From: Chromera velia
Lineage: Eukaryota
Length of the DNA: 64,000 bases
Assembly (NCBI GenBank): GCA_018398765.1
Contig: JAHBMJ010000190.1
Coordinates: 1 to 64,000, forward strand
Direction of reading: 5' to 3'
In this document: one piece after another, positions 51,501 to 64,000 of the stretch
Layout: every line of letters starts with the position of its first letter
How positions within the stretch are numbered: position 1 is the stretch's first letter
Made by a program: the position numbers and the translations under genes
The notes under the pieces: generated by a model
Seen by the model: only the letters and a program-made list of their open reading frames with translations
What the model was told of the DNA's origin: nothing
The model's database searches: none

Positions 51501-53501
51501 AAGAAAGAAAGAAAGAACGAACGAAAGAACGAAAGAAGGAAGGAAGGAAGGAAGGAANGAAAGAAAGAAAGAAAGAAAGAAACGAACGAACATACACGGA
51601 AGGAAACGGGGAGGCCACAGGGGAAGGAAGCAACGCTATGAGAGACCAGAGTGAAAAGAAAAAATTTCCCGCTCTTTTTCCCGTTGCCGCGCAGGCCAGC
51701 AAGAAACAGTGTCTTCCTTCACCAGACAGAGAACGAACGCGTCTCCCATTGCGCCTGTCTGTCAGTCACACTTCTTCCCCTTCTCCCTTCCTCCCTCCCT
51801 TCCTCCCTGTGTCGGACGGCGGAAAGCAGACCCAACGGAGCAGTGCAGCTCCCCTGAGGCGGCCCTGACCCCCGCGTTCGAGATCGTGCCCGGCTCTTTC
51901 CACATGATGCAAGCGGAACCGGGGAACGAATCCCAGATGATCACGGTCGTCAGGCTGAAGTGCAATGAGCCTCGCTATGCACCTGCGGAGGGGGGGGTGT
52001 CCGAAGAGGCCGTCGGGTGCTCAGCAGGACAATGGACGTCCCCTGAAACACTGGCCTGCCACAGTCAGTCGAGCCACGCGTCTGGCAGTAATTTTCTCGG
52101 CCTCACGAACTGCATGGGTGCTTGTCCGTGCCTAGGGTTTTTCACACTGGCTATCCGTTGATCAGGTATTAATTCATCTCCTATCCTTCTGACCTTTCAG
52201 CTCTTGTTTAGACAAGACAATCAATCTGTGAATGGGACCATGCATGTGTGTGTGTGTCTAGCTCTCCTTCTCCTCCCCTCTCTGCACGAATGCATGAGTG
52301 AGTGCAGTGGTGTGCCCCCCGTGGACGGACCGGCACTCGTTTTTTTTTTTTTTTTTCTGTATGAGAGGGAATGCATGAGTGAGTGCAGTGGTGTGCCCCC
52401 CGTGGACGGACCGGCACTCGTACGTTCTCTCCGTGGGCGACGGCCCCGTGAGCGTCCAGCCGGGTACCGAGATCCAGCTCTCATGTGCGTCCGGGTTTGT
52501 GAGCACAGGCCGAGCTAAGGTCCTGGCGGGGATGGAGGACGAGAGCTCCCCGATGAAGACAACGGGACGGGCCAAGTGTGTGGATGGGGAGTGGGACGTC
52601 AGCCTGACGTGTGTGGCGTTGGGCAGGTTCGGTCTCTCGACGCACCCGGAGGTAGCGACTGTGACACACGAGGGCATTGTGGTTGCAAGTGACCCTCCGA
52701 TGATGCAAAGTTTCTTCACAGTCAGTCTGGCGGGAAGCAGCAAAGTGGGCGCGTCTGCTTCGAACAGCCTCGATCGACGTATATTCTCTGGGGAGAGTAA
52801 TTTGGCAGAGTCCGCACTTCGGCTTTACGGGGCCACCAAGAGGATGGAAGTCGACGCCCCCCAGCAGTACCTCTCCTTCGATAAGACCAACACTCCGGTG
52901 GACGTTCTGGCTCTAATCCACAGCAATGAGCTCAGAGACCCCCACGGATTTGCGTTCGACATGGGCTGTCGGGTCGGCCTTGCGGGATCCGAGCACGAGC
53001 TGACCGACCCCCACGACCCCCAATGGCATCTGTCGGAACCCCCCGCGGCCAGCAGCATGAACGGAATGCCGGTGGCGTCAACTGACCATGACATGGGCGC
53101 ATCCGAGCCCCGGTTGGTGGATGGGTGCTTCACGGGGGCTGTGCAAGTTGTGTGGATGTGGAGGCGCGAGCTGTCGGGGCCAGAGGTGGCGGCGGCAGAG
53201 GCACTGAACAGGAACATCTCAGCCGCACTTGTCAACGGAACCTTCGTGCTCGGTCAGTGCTCTAGAGAGACAGAGGACGGAGGAGGGGAAGGAAGGAAAG
53301 AAGGAAGGAAGAAAGGAAGGAAGGAGGGAGGGAGGGAGTCTGGAAGGAACTCAGACAGGAAGGAATCCAGCGTGGGGGGCCCCTTCTCCCCCTGCAGTCG
53401 CCTCTCTGGGTCCCTCCTTTTTTTTGCATCCATCGCCTTCTCTTTTCTTTCCAGTACGTGCAGAATCTCTCCTCCCCTTGCGCGCGTGCGTGCGCGTGTG
53501 C

Positions 53502-53536
<35 letters not shown>

Positions 53537-54684
53537 TGTTTGCAGAGGACGTGAGGGAATGGCTTTCTGCAGACCTCTCTGACCTCTCCCCTCCTTCTTC
53601 TTCTTCTGCCACCGACCCCTCTTCCTCCACCCCCACCGCCCCCTTCTCAGACGCCCTCTGGGGTCTCTTCGTTGCCCACGAGTCCCTCATTGACTTTGCC
53701 GCCCCCGTCTCAAACCAAATCTCTGCTGACTCACCCCCTCCCAGCGACTTATCATCAACCCGCGCGCCCCAGTCGCCTTCTCCTTCCATCTCTCCGGGGG
53801 GAACGGAGACAGACGCAGCAGGCGCAGAGTTCCTCCAGCAGACGTTGTCGATGGAGAATCAACTGGGGACCAGCAGAAGTCGAATGGGAGGAGAGAAGAG
53901 GGACAGGAGACGGAAGGGTCAAAGCAGCAGCAAATTTGTTGGAGACGGCAGAAAAGTGGTTCGATGGAAGAATCTGGCCCCCCTTTTGGGACTCTCATCA
54001 CCGACCGCCGCGTCCTCTGTCGATTTTGTTCAACAGGCAACACCCTCAAGACAACCCTCATTCTCCGCGTCAGTCTATGCATTCATTTTCTTGTGTATAC
54101 AGACAGAATGCACGGACAGGCAACACCCTCAAGACAACCCTCATTCTTTGCGTCAGTCTACCAGCTGGCTGTCCTTTTTACTCAATGCGGAACTTCGTTC
54201 TTTGCTATCTTCATTTCTTCAATACAAAGCCTTGGTTGCAGTGGGTACGTTACCCCAGCAAGCAGATTCTTTTCCTGCTTGCTTGCTTGTACACTTTGCG
54301 CTGCCTCTCCCCAATTGGATTGACTGCATGCGTGCACGGAATCACATAAATAAATAATTCCATCGATCGTAGACACTCTGCATGGTCTGAGACAGAGCGC
54401 AACTCTTAAGTCTTTCCTTGTTGTGCCTAATCTTCGAATTGCAGGTCTACGGGTGTCATCTTCGACGGCAGGGGCACTTTCCTTAGCTCCAACAAGGCCG
54501 TCTCCCCGTTTTCGCCTGTGCGGGGCCTGACGCTGAGCGTCTCAGCAGGCGCGACGCGTCTCAGCGGGGCCCAGCAGGTCCTCTTGAGCTTCTTCACGGG
54601 GGATGCGTGTAAGCCCCGCAGTCTGTTCGTGGGGGTAGACGTTGGACAGCTTGACAATTGGGCGGGGAGCGATGGGTGTGGATA
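38221..54684 (+). CDS. Large multi-exon extracellular-type protein with LamG-like, Sushi/CCP and ShK-like Cys-rich domains (start unresolved; 3' end probably truncated)
   Basis: Sushi exons, e.g. DCGPLHEPGNG...VFQCDDGF...ICTEFGHW...PNC (44498-44717), SCGEP...AIFGC / LHCGTNGKWNGTLPVC and QLSCASGF...KCVDGEWDVSLTC. LamG-like motifs NWADR, GVVF, GKVKALVVYDRP and FTGAVQVVWMWRRELS. Repeated C-x3-C-x2-C ends at 48000-50930. Confidence 0.8.
38699..40552. repeat. Perfect 84-bp tandem repeat x22 (intronic, probable assembly artefact)
   Basis: Identical units ending at a single N, followed by a re-start of the sequence at 38480-38750. Confidence 0.9.
46631..47020. repeat. Intronic 35-bp minisatellite (acaacacaaattaaaagaggacggcctgcagacat), ~10 copies
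   Basis: Direct reading. Confidence 0.9.
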
Positions 54685-54998
54685 ACCTACATGACATACT
54701 TCAATATCGATGTGATGATCTAGGTGATGATGCATAATGCATAAATTTTATTAACTGATTTTACCAAAACTTTTTTTAAGTGTTTCTTACTCGAGTTTTT
54801 ACTCGAAGATGTAGGCAAACAATGTTTAAAAGTTAAAACAATAATACATTTTAAAACGTGAGTAGTTTTTTTGGTGTGAGAGTACATATTTATTGATTGG
54901 TTCTAGGATCTATTACTAATCATGTAACTAATGAAAACTTTTGATCAAAGTTTTTATACTCACTTTTACGCTATTGAATTTCAATCTAAAGTGATTCA

Positions 54999-56647
54999 TA
55001 CACCAATCCTGTAGTGTTACACAATCATTTTTTTCAAAATGTTTTGTTACACATTGTTTTGTTACACATTTTGATAGAATTTTGATGAATGAATTAGTAC
55101 ACACTTTTGTGTGCATTAATTCAAACTATTATTTTCAGGAATGCATTATTACATACTTTAGTGTGTATTAATTATAAGTTTCATCTGCATGAAAAGATGC
55201 TTTATATATGGGGCCAAGTTAAGCCAAAGTCGATCTATAACCGTTTTCACCTTCAAGTTAATTGAAGGTTTAACTTACTCATTTTTGTTTCTTGCCGTCT
55301 CCTTGATTTTCCGTCGAATGCCGTCGAATATCGTCGAATGCTCAGTGACTTTATTTGACTCCCTTTGACTGTTCTTAGGACTGTTCATGAAACTTTCTTC
55401 ATCTCGATAATAGACTCGATTGTGTTTCACCAAGACCGATCGACCAAGGCCCTGCACTAAAAAATTCTTAAAAAAAAAAATCAGTGACCTCATTAAAAAA
55501 AAAAAAAAGAATTTTAGAATAAAATCAATAGAAAATTGATCATTAAATTCATCATTATTGCAGGGTTATGATCCTTACAGACTCTACTGATTGAAAACAA
55601 CCCTTCACTACCGGTAATTGCCGGTCTCAGCGGTCTGCTGGCAATGGAGATTTCTTATATCCTTCGATCACCAGAGGGATCATCACCTACAGATTGAAGT
55701 GCTTTACTAACAGCTTTAGTTTTGTAAAATTCTAAAACAAAAATTAAGACCTTCATTTTTTTTTTTTTTAAGAATTTTATTAAATTTTATAGTGCAAAGC
55801 CTAGCGATCGACTCTCGATCAGCCTTTGAAAGATGGGGTTACTGACAGGCTTTCATTAAAAGCAGGTGTTTGTCAAAGCAAAGAGTTCTTGTATCTCAAA
55901 CTATGGCTAAAAACGAAGGGAGGAAAGTGAAGAAAACCTCCCAGAAGAGGGGGTGAAAGCACACTACTGCTGAACGACAGGTGCGAAAGTTCATTCACCA
56001 TAAAGAAGCGAGGGGGAGACTAGAGGATTGCGACATTAAGTTTGTGAGAGAGGATGTGTACAAAAAGAAGTGACCAGATGCGTACAAGAGAGAGGGTTTG
56101 AATGCGACGCGGATCGAACGGATTTCTGAAGTTAAAGGGAGAGACGTGTTTTCTCATTTATGGCTGCTGCGAGTGGAACACAGAAGCACCTTTCTCATTT
56201 ATGGCTGCTGCGAGTGGAACACAGAAGCACCAAAAATCTTTGTGAGCAACCCGAAGCGCATAGTCAAACACACTATGAAGTATGACCAGAATTCCACTCG
56301 TATCCCTTTCAGCACAACTTTTGTTTCGATCAATTCTTCTCTGATCGCCTAGGATGCCGGATTTTCACGTTTTTTGTTTTGCCGTTGTACTGCGTTTTAC
56401 GTACAGGACTGGTGATCGCATAGTAGATGTAGTTTCGTTTAGATTCTTTAAGAGCTATTTTATAGCTTTGAAAGGCTGTCAGGCTTTAGAGTTTTTTATA
56501 TAGAATTAGTACACACTTTGGCGTTAAAAAATTTGTTTAAAATTATTGCACACTAATTGTTACACACTTTTATGTGTAACAAGGGGGGGGTCAGAGGTAA
56601 TTGTTATACAATTAACTTTGTGTAACACTACATGTAGGATTGGTGTA
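54999..56647. mobile_element. Non-autonomous TIR element (TACACCAATCCT...GTAGTGTTACACAA), flanked by direct TGATTCA
   Basis: Inverted termini, with a 4-nt insertion in the right one. TGATTCA at 54992-54998 and 56648-56654. Subterminal gttacaca motifs. Confidence 0.75.
55445..55804. mobile_element. hAT-type MITE (360 bp) with 8-bp TSD CGATCGAC
   Basis: TIRs CAAGGCCCTGCACTA / TAGTGCAAAGCCTAG; TSD at 55437-55444 and 55805-55812. Confidence 0.8.
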
Positions 56648-56762
56648 TGATTCAATAATAATTTAATTGAGTGAGACTTTAATTGTTTTAACTTTTAATT
56701 AACAACTTTTAAGAAATAACTTAACAAAAAATTGTATTGAAAATATAATTAATGACTCATCG

Positions 56763-56835
56763 ATCATCATCATACGCCATCACCATCGGCCTATAAATAG
56801 GCGTCTAGCGCTCCGCGGCAACGCACGAGGCAGTT
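56763..56835 (-). mobile_element. Short 3'-end copy of the (TGA)n-tailed retroelement
   Basis: Aligns with 20199-20276, including the hairpin gcctataaataggc. Confidence 0.7.
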
Positions 56836-57146
56836 TATCATGATCATCATCATACGTACACCGGGTTAGACGGTAACTTAGACCTCCACGCCCACGCGGC
56901 CCAGCCAAATTCAAACCCTTTAAATTTAAATCCCATAAAATGATATAAAATGATACAAAAATTTCAGATGGACTCTGAATCTTAGCTTTAAAATATTATA
57001 AGCTAAAATCTCATAAAATCATAGCTACCAGCTGGGTAGTTTAGCTTCTTGCCTATGTTTTTTTCTGCTCTGATCAGTCCGTCTACATTGACGTGGGGTT
57101 GGCTGAGTTTGAAAGTGATTGCCTCAAGACGGGAAGGCCACCCCGA

Positions 57147-59663
57147 TTAGTCGGCGATTACCTCCTTCAGAGATGGAAGCTTCCCGGAGCCGAGAGCGAC
57201 CGACACAGCCTCCTTGGATGCATTCGTATACGAAAGGCCCAACCACTCCATTTTCGGCATCCCCCTCTCACTCTCTGCAATCGCCCTCATGAACTCCGTC
57301 CATACCCGTCCCTCAACCCCCCAATTATCACCCAGGCTGAGACGGACAACATTAACGAACCCCCCCCCTCTCACTGCATCCTCCAACCCCCTGAGACCTT
57401 GATCGGTCAGAGCCGACTCGGATAAATAGATGTCAGAGAGTTTGGTCAACTTGCCAGACATCAGAGCTGTTCCTAGTGCCGGCGCTCCCTCCCCTGCCCG
57501 TGTCCCAGTCAAGTTAAGACTCTCCAACAAAGGCAACCCCTCCTCACTTTCAACCACCGCCCCCATCAGCGCCTCCATTCCGACCCGACCGACGCTTTCA
57601 CCATCATTAGTCCGGGATAGCTCAAGAACCCGGAGCCCACACAGATTGCCGAGTCTGACTACATCAACAAACAGCAGCATGTCTGCGTCTGTCAGGCAAA
57701 AGTCTGAGGCAGGCGCGTGGGAGAATTCAGAGAGCTGGGGGAGTCTCGTCTTTCTGACTGAGGGAGGAGAAAAACTCAGATTTGGCCTCCGCCTCAACTT
57801 CCACCTCCCACTCGACCACGGTGCCGTCGTCGTCCATGAAGTAATCGCAGCACATAAGTTTTCGGACGCAGCCAAAGCGCCCCTTTCTGATCGTCTCCCC
57901 AAGCAACCTGAACGCCTCATTTTTCTCTTCCCTCACACAGAGACGCAAATCGATCGCCCCATCCTAATTCTCCCCCCCATTTTTCATCCCTTCGAGGAAA
58001 CGAGTAACTTGTTCTCGGTACAAAGACAGATCAAGTGTGCGGATAGAGGAACCTAATTTGTCCGCACCAAATGTGACCCACTCGATCGGATCGGAAGCGA
58101 AAAAACGCAGACCCTGCACACACAGGTTGGGTGGGCACTTGGTCGCCCTCAGAGCGCCGAAAAAAGAATTGACTGCCTCTCTGCTTGCACTTGGATCCCA
58201 ATCAGTTCTTGCGCCTTCCAGGTTCAACTCTCTCAGACGAGGGACCGCGTCTACCCGCAAAGCCTCCCCCAAGTCACCGAAAAACCCACCCTGAAAGCTA
58301 TACCCCGCCCCCAAATCAAGCATCTCCAAACTTCGGAGTCCCCCCCTTCCCATCGCCTCTGTCAGAGGCTTCACCGCCATGTCGGTCAGCCCGCAACGTC
58401 GCAGCAGAAGCGCACAGAGAGACGGCAACGAATTGACACACAACACCGAACAGAGCTGCTTCATCTCCTCCATCTGCCCGATCCGGTTCCGCGAAAGATT
58501 CAACGTCTCCACTTTCAGAGACTTCCCCTTAATAGCGCTGCACAAAATCCTTGTCCCCTCTTTCTCCAGGCCCGTCTCCTCGAGGTCAAGCACACAGAGG
58601 GAGGAGGCCTTCCCCTCTCTGACCCCCTCTGCCACTGCCCCGATCCCATCCGGGCCAAGACGGTTGCCTGAGAGGAAAGAGAAGGACAGGATGGAAAAGG
58701 ACAACACCGGATAACACCGGAGGAAAGTGAGAGAGAGACAAGACCCGCGAGCTTGAGGACAGGAGAGGAAGGACAAAAGAAACCCTTAGGAAGGAACCCA
58801 CACAGTCAGTGTGCACAAAGGCTCATATGGATTCGTATTCATCTATCCCCACACAAGAGTCAGAGGCATGACGTATTCATCTATCCCCACACAAGAGTCA
58901 GAGGCTTGACGAAAGCAAAAGAGAGGGAAGAGGGGGTTGTCCTTTTTTTCCTTTCAACTCCGAGACCTGCATTTCATCCACCAAAAGAAGAGACGGACAG
59001 TCACTCACCTTTCAGGCAGAGAGTCTCCAGGGAGGGGAGAAGAAGAAGGAGGACTTGTGAAGCTTCCTCAGGTCCGATCAAGCCCCCTGCAGAAGGAGGA
59101 CCGAGGGAGGAAGGAAGGAATTCAGAGAGGGTGAGAGCAGACAGGTGTGCATGAAGGGAAGAGATGGTTCTTTCACACAAGTTGACTCAATGGTTCAAAG
59201 CTAGGCTGCCTTTGCCATTTCATTCTCCCTCCCTAGTTGTGTGCAATCAATCAATCGATCAATCAATTCCTCGAACAAATTTCTTTTCTTCTCTTCTGCG
59301 TGGAATCAGTAAGAGGTCAAACTCAAGGTTGCAATCCAATCAGTCTTCCCCCTTCCCCCTGTAAACCAGCCAATCTGACACATGCATGAACCTGCGAACG
59401 TGAACGACTTCAGTCTTGGTGCCTCCTGCACTCTCTCCGCTCTCGCTGCTTGCACCCGTTCCAGAAAACGGCACAAGAGGGGAAGTGCTCGTCCCTTCAC
59501 GGCAACAGAGCCTGCAGTCGCAGTGCATGAGAAAGATGCGAAGCGCGTTTTGATTGATATTGAAACAAAACAAGAGCTCGGGCAACCATAACAATTATAG
59601 AAGAGTCCAATAGCTGTCGAGAAGAGGAAAGACGCCCTCCTTGCAGCCTGCCGAGAGTAAGGA

Positions 59664-59698
<35 letters not shown>

Positions 59699-59706
59699 CA
59701 CGCACG

Positions 59707-59737
<31 letters not shown>

Positions 59738-59952
59738 ACACACACACACACGCGCACACACAAGCACACACACGCACACACGCACACAAGCACACAAGCA
59801 TACAAGCACACAAGCACACACATACACACACACACACACGCACGCATGCACGCACGCACGCACACGCACACACACACGGACACATACACACACACACACA
59901 CATACACATACATACACATACACATACACACACACGCATGCACGAACGCACG

Positions 59953-60026
<74 letters not shown>

Positions 60027-60244
60027 CAGTAAGGGATACAGAAAAGAGAAGCGTGAAAGAAGATAAAGACGCAAAACAAGCCGAAGAGGTCACAAAGCGC
60101 AAAAGCCGTCACTCACCGAGTTTCATCTCCTTACCGGAAGTAGGAAGGGAGTTCAAAAGCAGACAAATCTTCTCAGGGGAGAGAGCGCGGGTGCCTGCAG
60201 AGTGCCGAACGAAGAAGAGACGCGAAACTCAGGAAGTTTCCCCG

Positions 60245-60277
<33 letters not shown>

Positions 60278-60840
60278 TGTGTGTGTGCGTGTGCGTGTGC
60301 TTTTGTAGCGACATCTGAACGCTGAAAAACAAGATTCGTTTGGAAAGAAATATAGTCTCCTGTGCAGGAGCGGCTAGGTGCTGGCTGGTAGGCAGAAGGC
60401 ATACGGCTTTCTCTCTTTTCTGACTGACCCGAGAGGTCGATGCCTTGAGGGGGTTCAAGGCAGCTTTCCTTGTTCTGCAGAGAGGGAGACGAAGTAAGAA
60501 ACTCATGGGCGAAGGACTAAATTGACAGGGTGCATGGAAGATTTGCTGTCTGCCCCTTCTCAACAACGAAACGTAGAAGCAAGCGTGCATCCTGAAGAAC
60601 CAAGCAAGCGTGCACCGGAGGGACAGACACCCAAGTGCTTCATGAACTGTCTCAAAGACGACGGAAGACATGTTCTCAAAGAATGAAATCTTTTACCGAT
60701 GAACGGAACGAAAGCAGCCCTGAAAAGAGCAGAAGGAATGGAATGAGAAATGATGCAATGCCATCGGATAATCGCCATGCAGCTCGATGGCCACGCAGAG
60801 AAGAGAACCGCATCACTGTTCTTCGGTTGCAGCTCCATTC
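57147..60840 (-). pseudogene. Leucine-rich-repeat (RNI-like) protein pseudogene, multi-exon
   Basis: LRRs LCVLDLEET, VETLNLSRNRI, LEMLDLG, LRELNLEG and LESLNLTGT. In-frame TAG at 57964 and a frameshift near 57750. Small upstream exons (~59009-59088, ~60117-60194) have gtgagt donors. Confidence 0.8.
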
Positions 60841-63800
60841 AGCAGGCAATAACCCTTTCTTCCTCTGTCAGCAGGCTGCAACAAATGGCAAAGGGACGCC
60901 AAGGGAGAGAGAGAGAGAGAGAGAGAAAGAGAGATTGATTGAGTGATCGACCATCGTGTAGAGCTCACAACAGACCCAGGCCAAGCCGAGAGAGTTCTTC
61001 TGCTTTGCCAGCTCAGAGAGAGTCTGCAGGGAAAATCAAATGGGTGAACAGGAGGACAGACGGACCATTTGAGGCGAGGAGAGGATCAGAAGGAGAAACG
61101 CAAGACAAGACCACATGCGAGACAAGAGGCAATGAAGTTTCTCAGGAGTCGTTCGACGGATTCTAGACCAGTGCCATCCAAATTATTGGCGTTGGCAGAA
61201 AAAAGCACCGCACATCAATGCAATCACACTCACCTCAGCACAGCACCCCGATCGTTTCAGGAGGGCAAAGAGGCTCTCCTCTCCGGTCTACACTTTTTCC
61301 GTCTCTAACTTTCTTAGCCGCTGTGTGCCTCCGCTCTTCATCTCGTCTTTTTGGGATCGCCCTCTCACACAATTCAGGTTCCCGTCTCTGTCCGCCTCTC
61401 CAAACGTCAAAACGATTTGTCTCTTACAGAGCCAAGCGATCAAGGTGCGACAAACAGACGGGAGGTCAGGCTGGTCAGCTTTTCATACAATCGACAGACA
61501 GAGCACGCGAATGTCAGTAAGAACAAACATGTCGCTCCATCAAACTGCTATTGATTCATCAGTCTGCCATATCGGCATCTTTTCTCAATTTGCGTGCGTC
61601 AATTTTGTTAGCATGCATGCCATTCTTCTCTCCTAGTTCCTTTATTTCCCCCTTCATTTCCATTCTTCTTCCACTCTCTTTCTTTTCTTCCTTTCATACG
61701 CCTTCTCCCTCTCCATTATTCTCTCTCTTTCCCCCTCTCCCCCTCTTTCTTCCTTCAAATGGTTTTTGTTTTTTTTCATCCGTCTTCAATGGTTTTCCTT
61801 ATTTCTCCCTTCTGGGGTTCCCTACCAAGAGCAGGCTGAGAGCCCCCCCTCAGATGGGGACGAAAAAGTTTGGTCAGTAGATCGACCATGGGGACAGGGA
61901 CATGAGGAGATGAATTCCATAATGTGTATACTTCCTTTCTCTCTTGTTGTGTTTGTGTTTGATAAATATCCGGCCCCTCCCTCCCCTTTCAAACCCCGCA
62001 ACCTGTTATCATTCTTCCACTATCACCTCAGTACCATCACCCCATTGGCTGATAGGTGGGGTCTCTTGGCCATGGTGTCCAGGACATGTGAAGAGGTATG
62101 ATCTGTTTTTCCTCCCCCCTCTCCCGTTTGTGGCCCTCCCTTACACGGAGGTTGAGGATACAAATCTGTGGGAACTACCGGTTTTACCCTCATCCTCTCC
62201 CTTACTCACTTCCCAAAACTTTCTTCCAAACTGAGTATGGAGTTGGACAGCGAACAGCTTATCCTCTCTTGCTTAGCCCCGACACCGAAAAAAAAGGCAA
62301 ACGACAAACGTTCTCTCCTACTCAGCCCCGACATTAGAAGGAAGATGGACCACATGTTGGCCTGCGCAGCGATTCCTCTCTCCTCAATCCCCACCCTTTC
62401 AACACACTTTTTGCAGACTGAACAAGACAGATCAAAATCTTACTGAAGGAACAGCTTATTAGTAATCCAGCTCGTTCACGAGTCCAAAAGAGACCTGGCC
62501 TCCTCCTCTAGTCATGAAGGAGGAAGAGAGGTCAGCTTCTGCCTTCTACTCATTCCTCCTCCCCCTCCCTTTCCATCCCTTCCTTCCTTCCCTCTTCATC
62601 CAGACTGAGTGAGACAGAACGGAACCGCATCAAAGCAACAACTCCGCTCATCTCTATTTCATATCCGGTTTCTCTCAAACGGAGGCAGGTGCATTTTTGC
62701 TACTCCTAGACATCCACTGTGAGTCGTTCCTTCCACAGAATCAACCTGTTCGTATTATCTGCCGTCTCCTGCAGCAACACTTTCAATCATAGCGCCAGTC
62801 TCAATGAAAGAGCAGTCATTTTCTACCGTTTTTGTCTCGATCGTTCTATTTGAGAGTAAGCTTTCATGTATTTCTGGTTACAGACTGCAGAAGGATGGTA
62901 TTCGGGACTCTAGGTCGACTCCATGTGCTATTTGCATAGCTAGTAATATCCGTTGCAGTGTACGAAGAAGGATGGATTTAAATTTATGCTTTCCACACGG
63001 GGTCGTTCTTATGCTTTTGCGTGCATGTATCAGATGAGTGGCAGGTGCAACACATAAAGAAGTAAAGGGTTGGAAAGAGAAAAGAATCGGACAGGAAGAG
63101 TCGTTTGTTGAAGAGTTGTTGCTTAAGAGTGAGTTAAGTGATTCCGGGTCAATTTCCGGCCGGCAGGGGCGATTGAAGTTGATATAAAAGAGAAACTAGG
63201 AAAAAAAACGCGATAGAGAGGCAGGCAGAGTCAGAAACTAAAGGTGGATGGATTAGGGTAGATTAAGAAGAAACTGGCCTAGGCACGATATCCAATACCG
63301 TGCAAAACTAACGGCCGGTATGCTGGGACGTGCTATGCATTCACGAACCCTCAAGGAAGGTGCAACATGATGCAACTGAACCAACCCGGCGGCGCCAACC
63401 CACCGAGATGCTGCATGCACCACATCGCCCTTCTTGGAGACAGAGACAGGTATGATAACTTCGATCCTAAACCTGTATTCCTCAGCTAATTTCCTTGGCC
63501 GGAATCCTGATCCTGCTTGTTTGTTCTGTGCAACTCCGCAAAATANNNNNNNNNNNNNNNNNNNNNNNNNNNNNNNNNNNNNNNNNNNNNNNNNNNNNNN
63601 NNNNNNNNNNNNNNNNNNNNNNNNNNNNNNNNNNNNNNNNNNNNNNNNNNNNNNNNNNNNNNNNNNNNNNNNNNNNNNNNNNNNNNNNNNNNNNNNNNNN
63701 NNNNNNNNNNNNNNNNNNNNNNNNNNNNNNNNNNNNNNNNNNNNNNNNNNNNNNNNNNNNNNNNNNNNNNNNNNNNNNNNNNNNNNNNNNNNNNNNNNNN

Positions 63801-64000
63801 NNNNNNNNNNNNNNNNNNNNNNNNNNNNNNNNNNNNNNNNNNNNNNNATGATGTTGCTAGCGATGCTGCTTTGTCACTCTTTTTTCTTCGCTGGTCTACT
63901 CCAGCATGAAGTCTCTCTCCAGATCCCTACTCTATACGGCCCGCAGAGCTTGGAAAAGACATACAAATTGCCAGAGCGCACCTCGGTGGAAGACCTTGCA

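Noticed and set aside
61000..63545. Short ORFs near the window end
   Set aside because: No motifs, splice chain or repeat structure that I could support.

Overview
Eukaryotic, intron- and microsatellite-rich draft-assembly sequence with several N gaps. The splice style (gtcagt/gtgagt donors), TGCATGCA motifs and the LRR family suggest a chromerid alveolate such as Chromera velia (inference). Mobile elements: (i) a near full-length Ty1/copia LTR retrotransposon (4529-11367) whose single gag-pol frame is broken only by four in-frame TAG codons, with a putative half-tRNA-Asn primer-binding site and a CCHC knuckle between integrase and RT; (ii) a 5'-truncated Penelope-like RT with no C-terminal GIY-YIG and a downstream minimal hammerhead ribozyme; (iii) a hAT transposase fragment, a LINE 3' end, a long-TIR element and nested MITEs. 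Genes: an intact 4-exon ALY/REF-like RRM gene, a large LamG/Sushi/ShK-like extracellular protein gene, and an LRR pseudogene. Repeat copies differ mostly by CpA/TpG->TpA transitions, a RIP-like signature not expected outside fungi. Two large perfect duplications next to Ns look like assembly artefacts.
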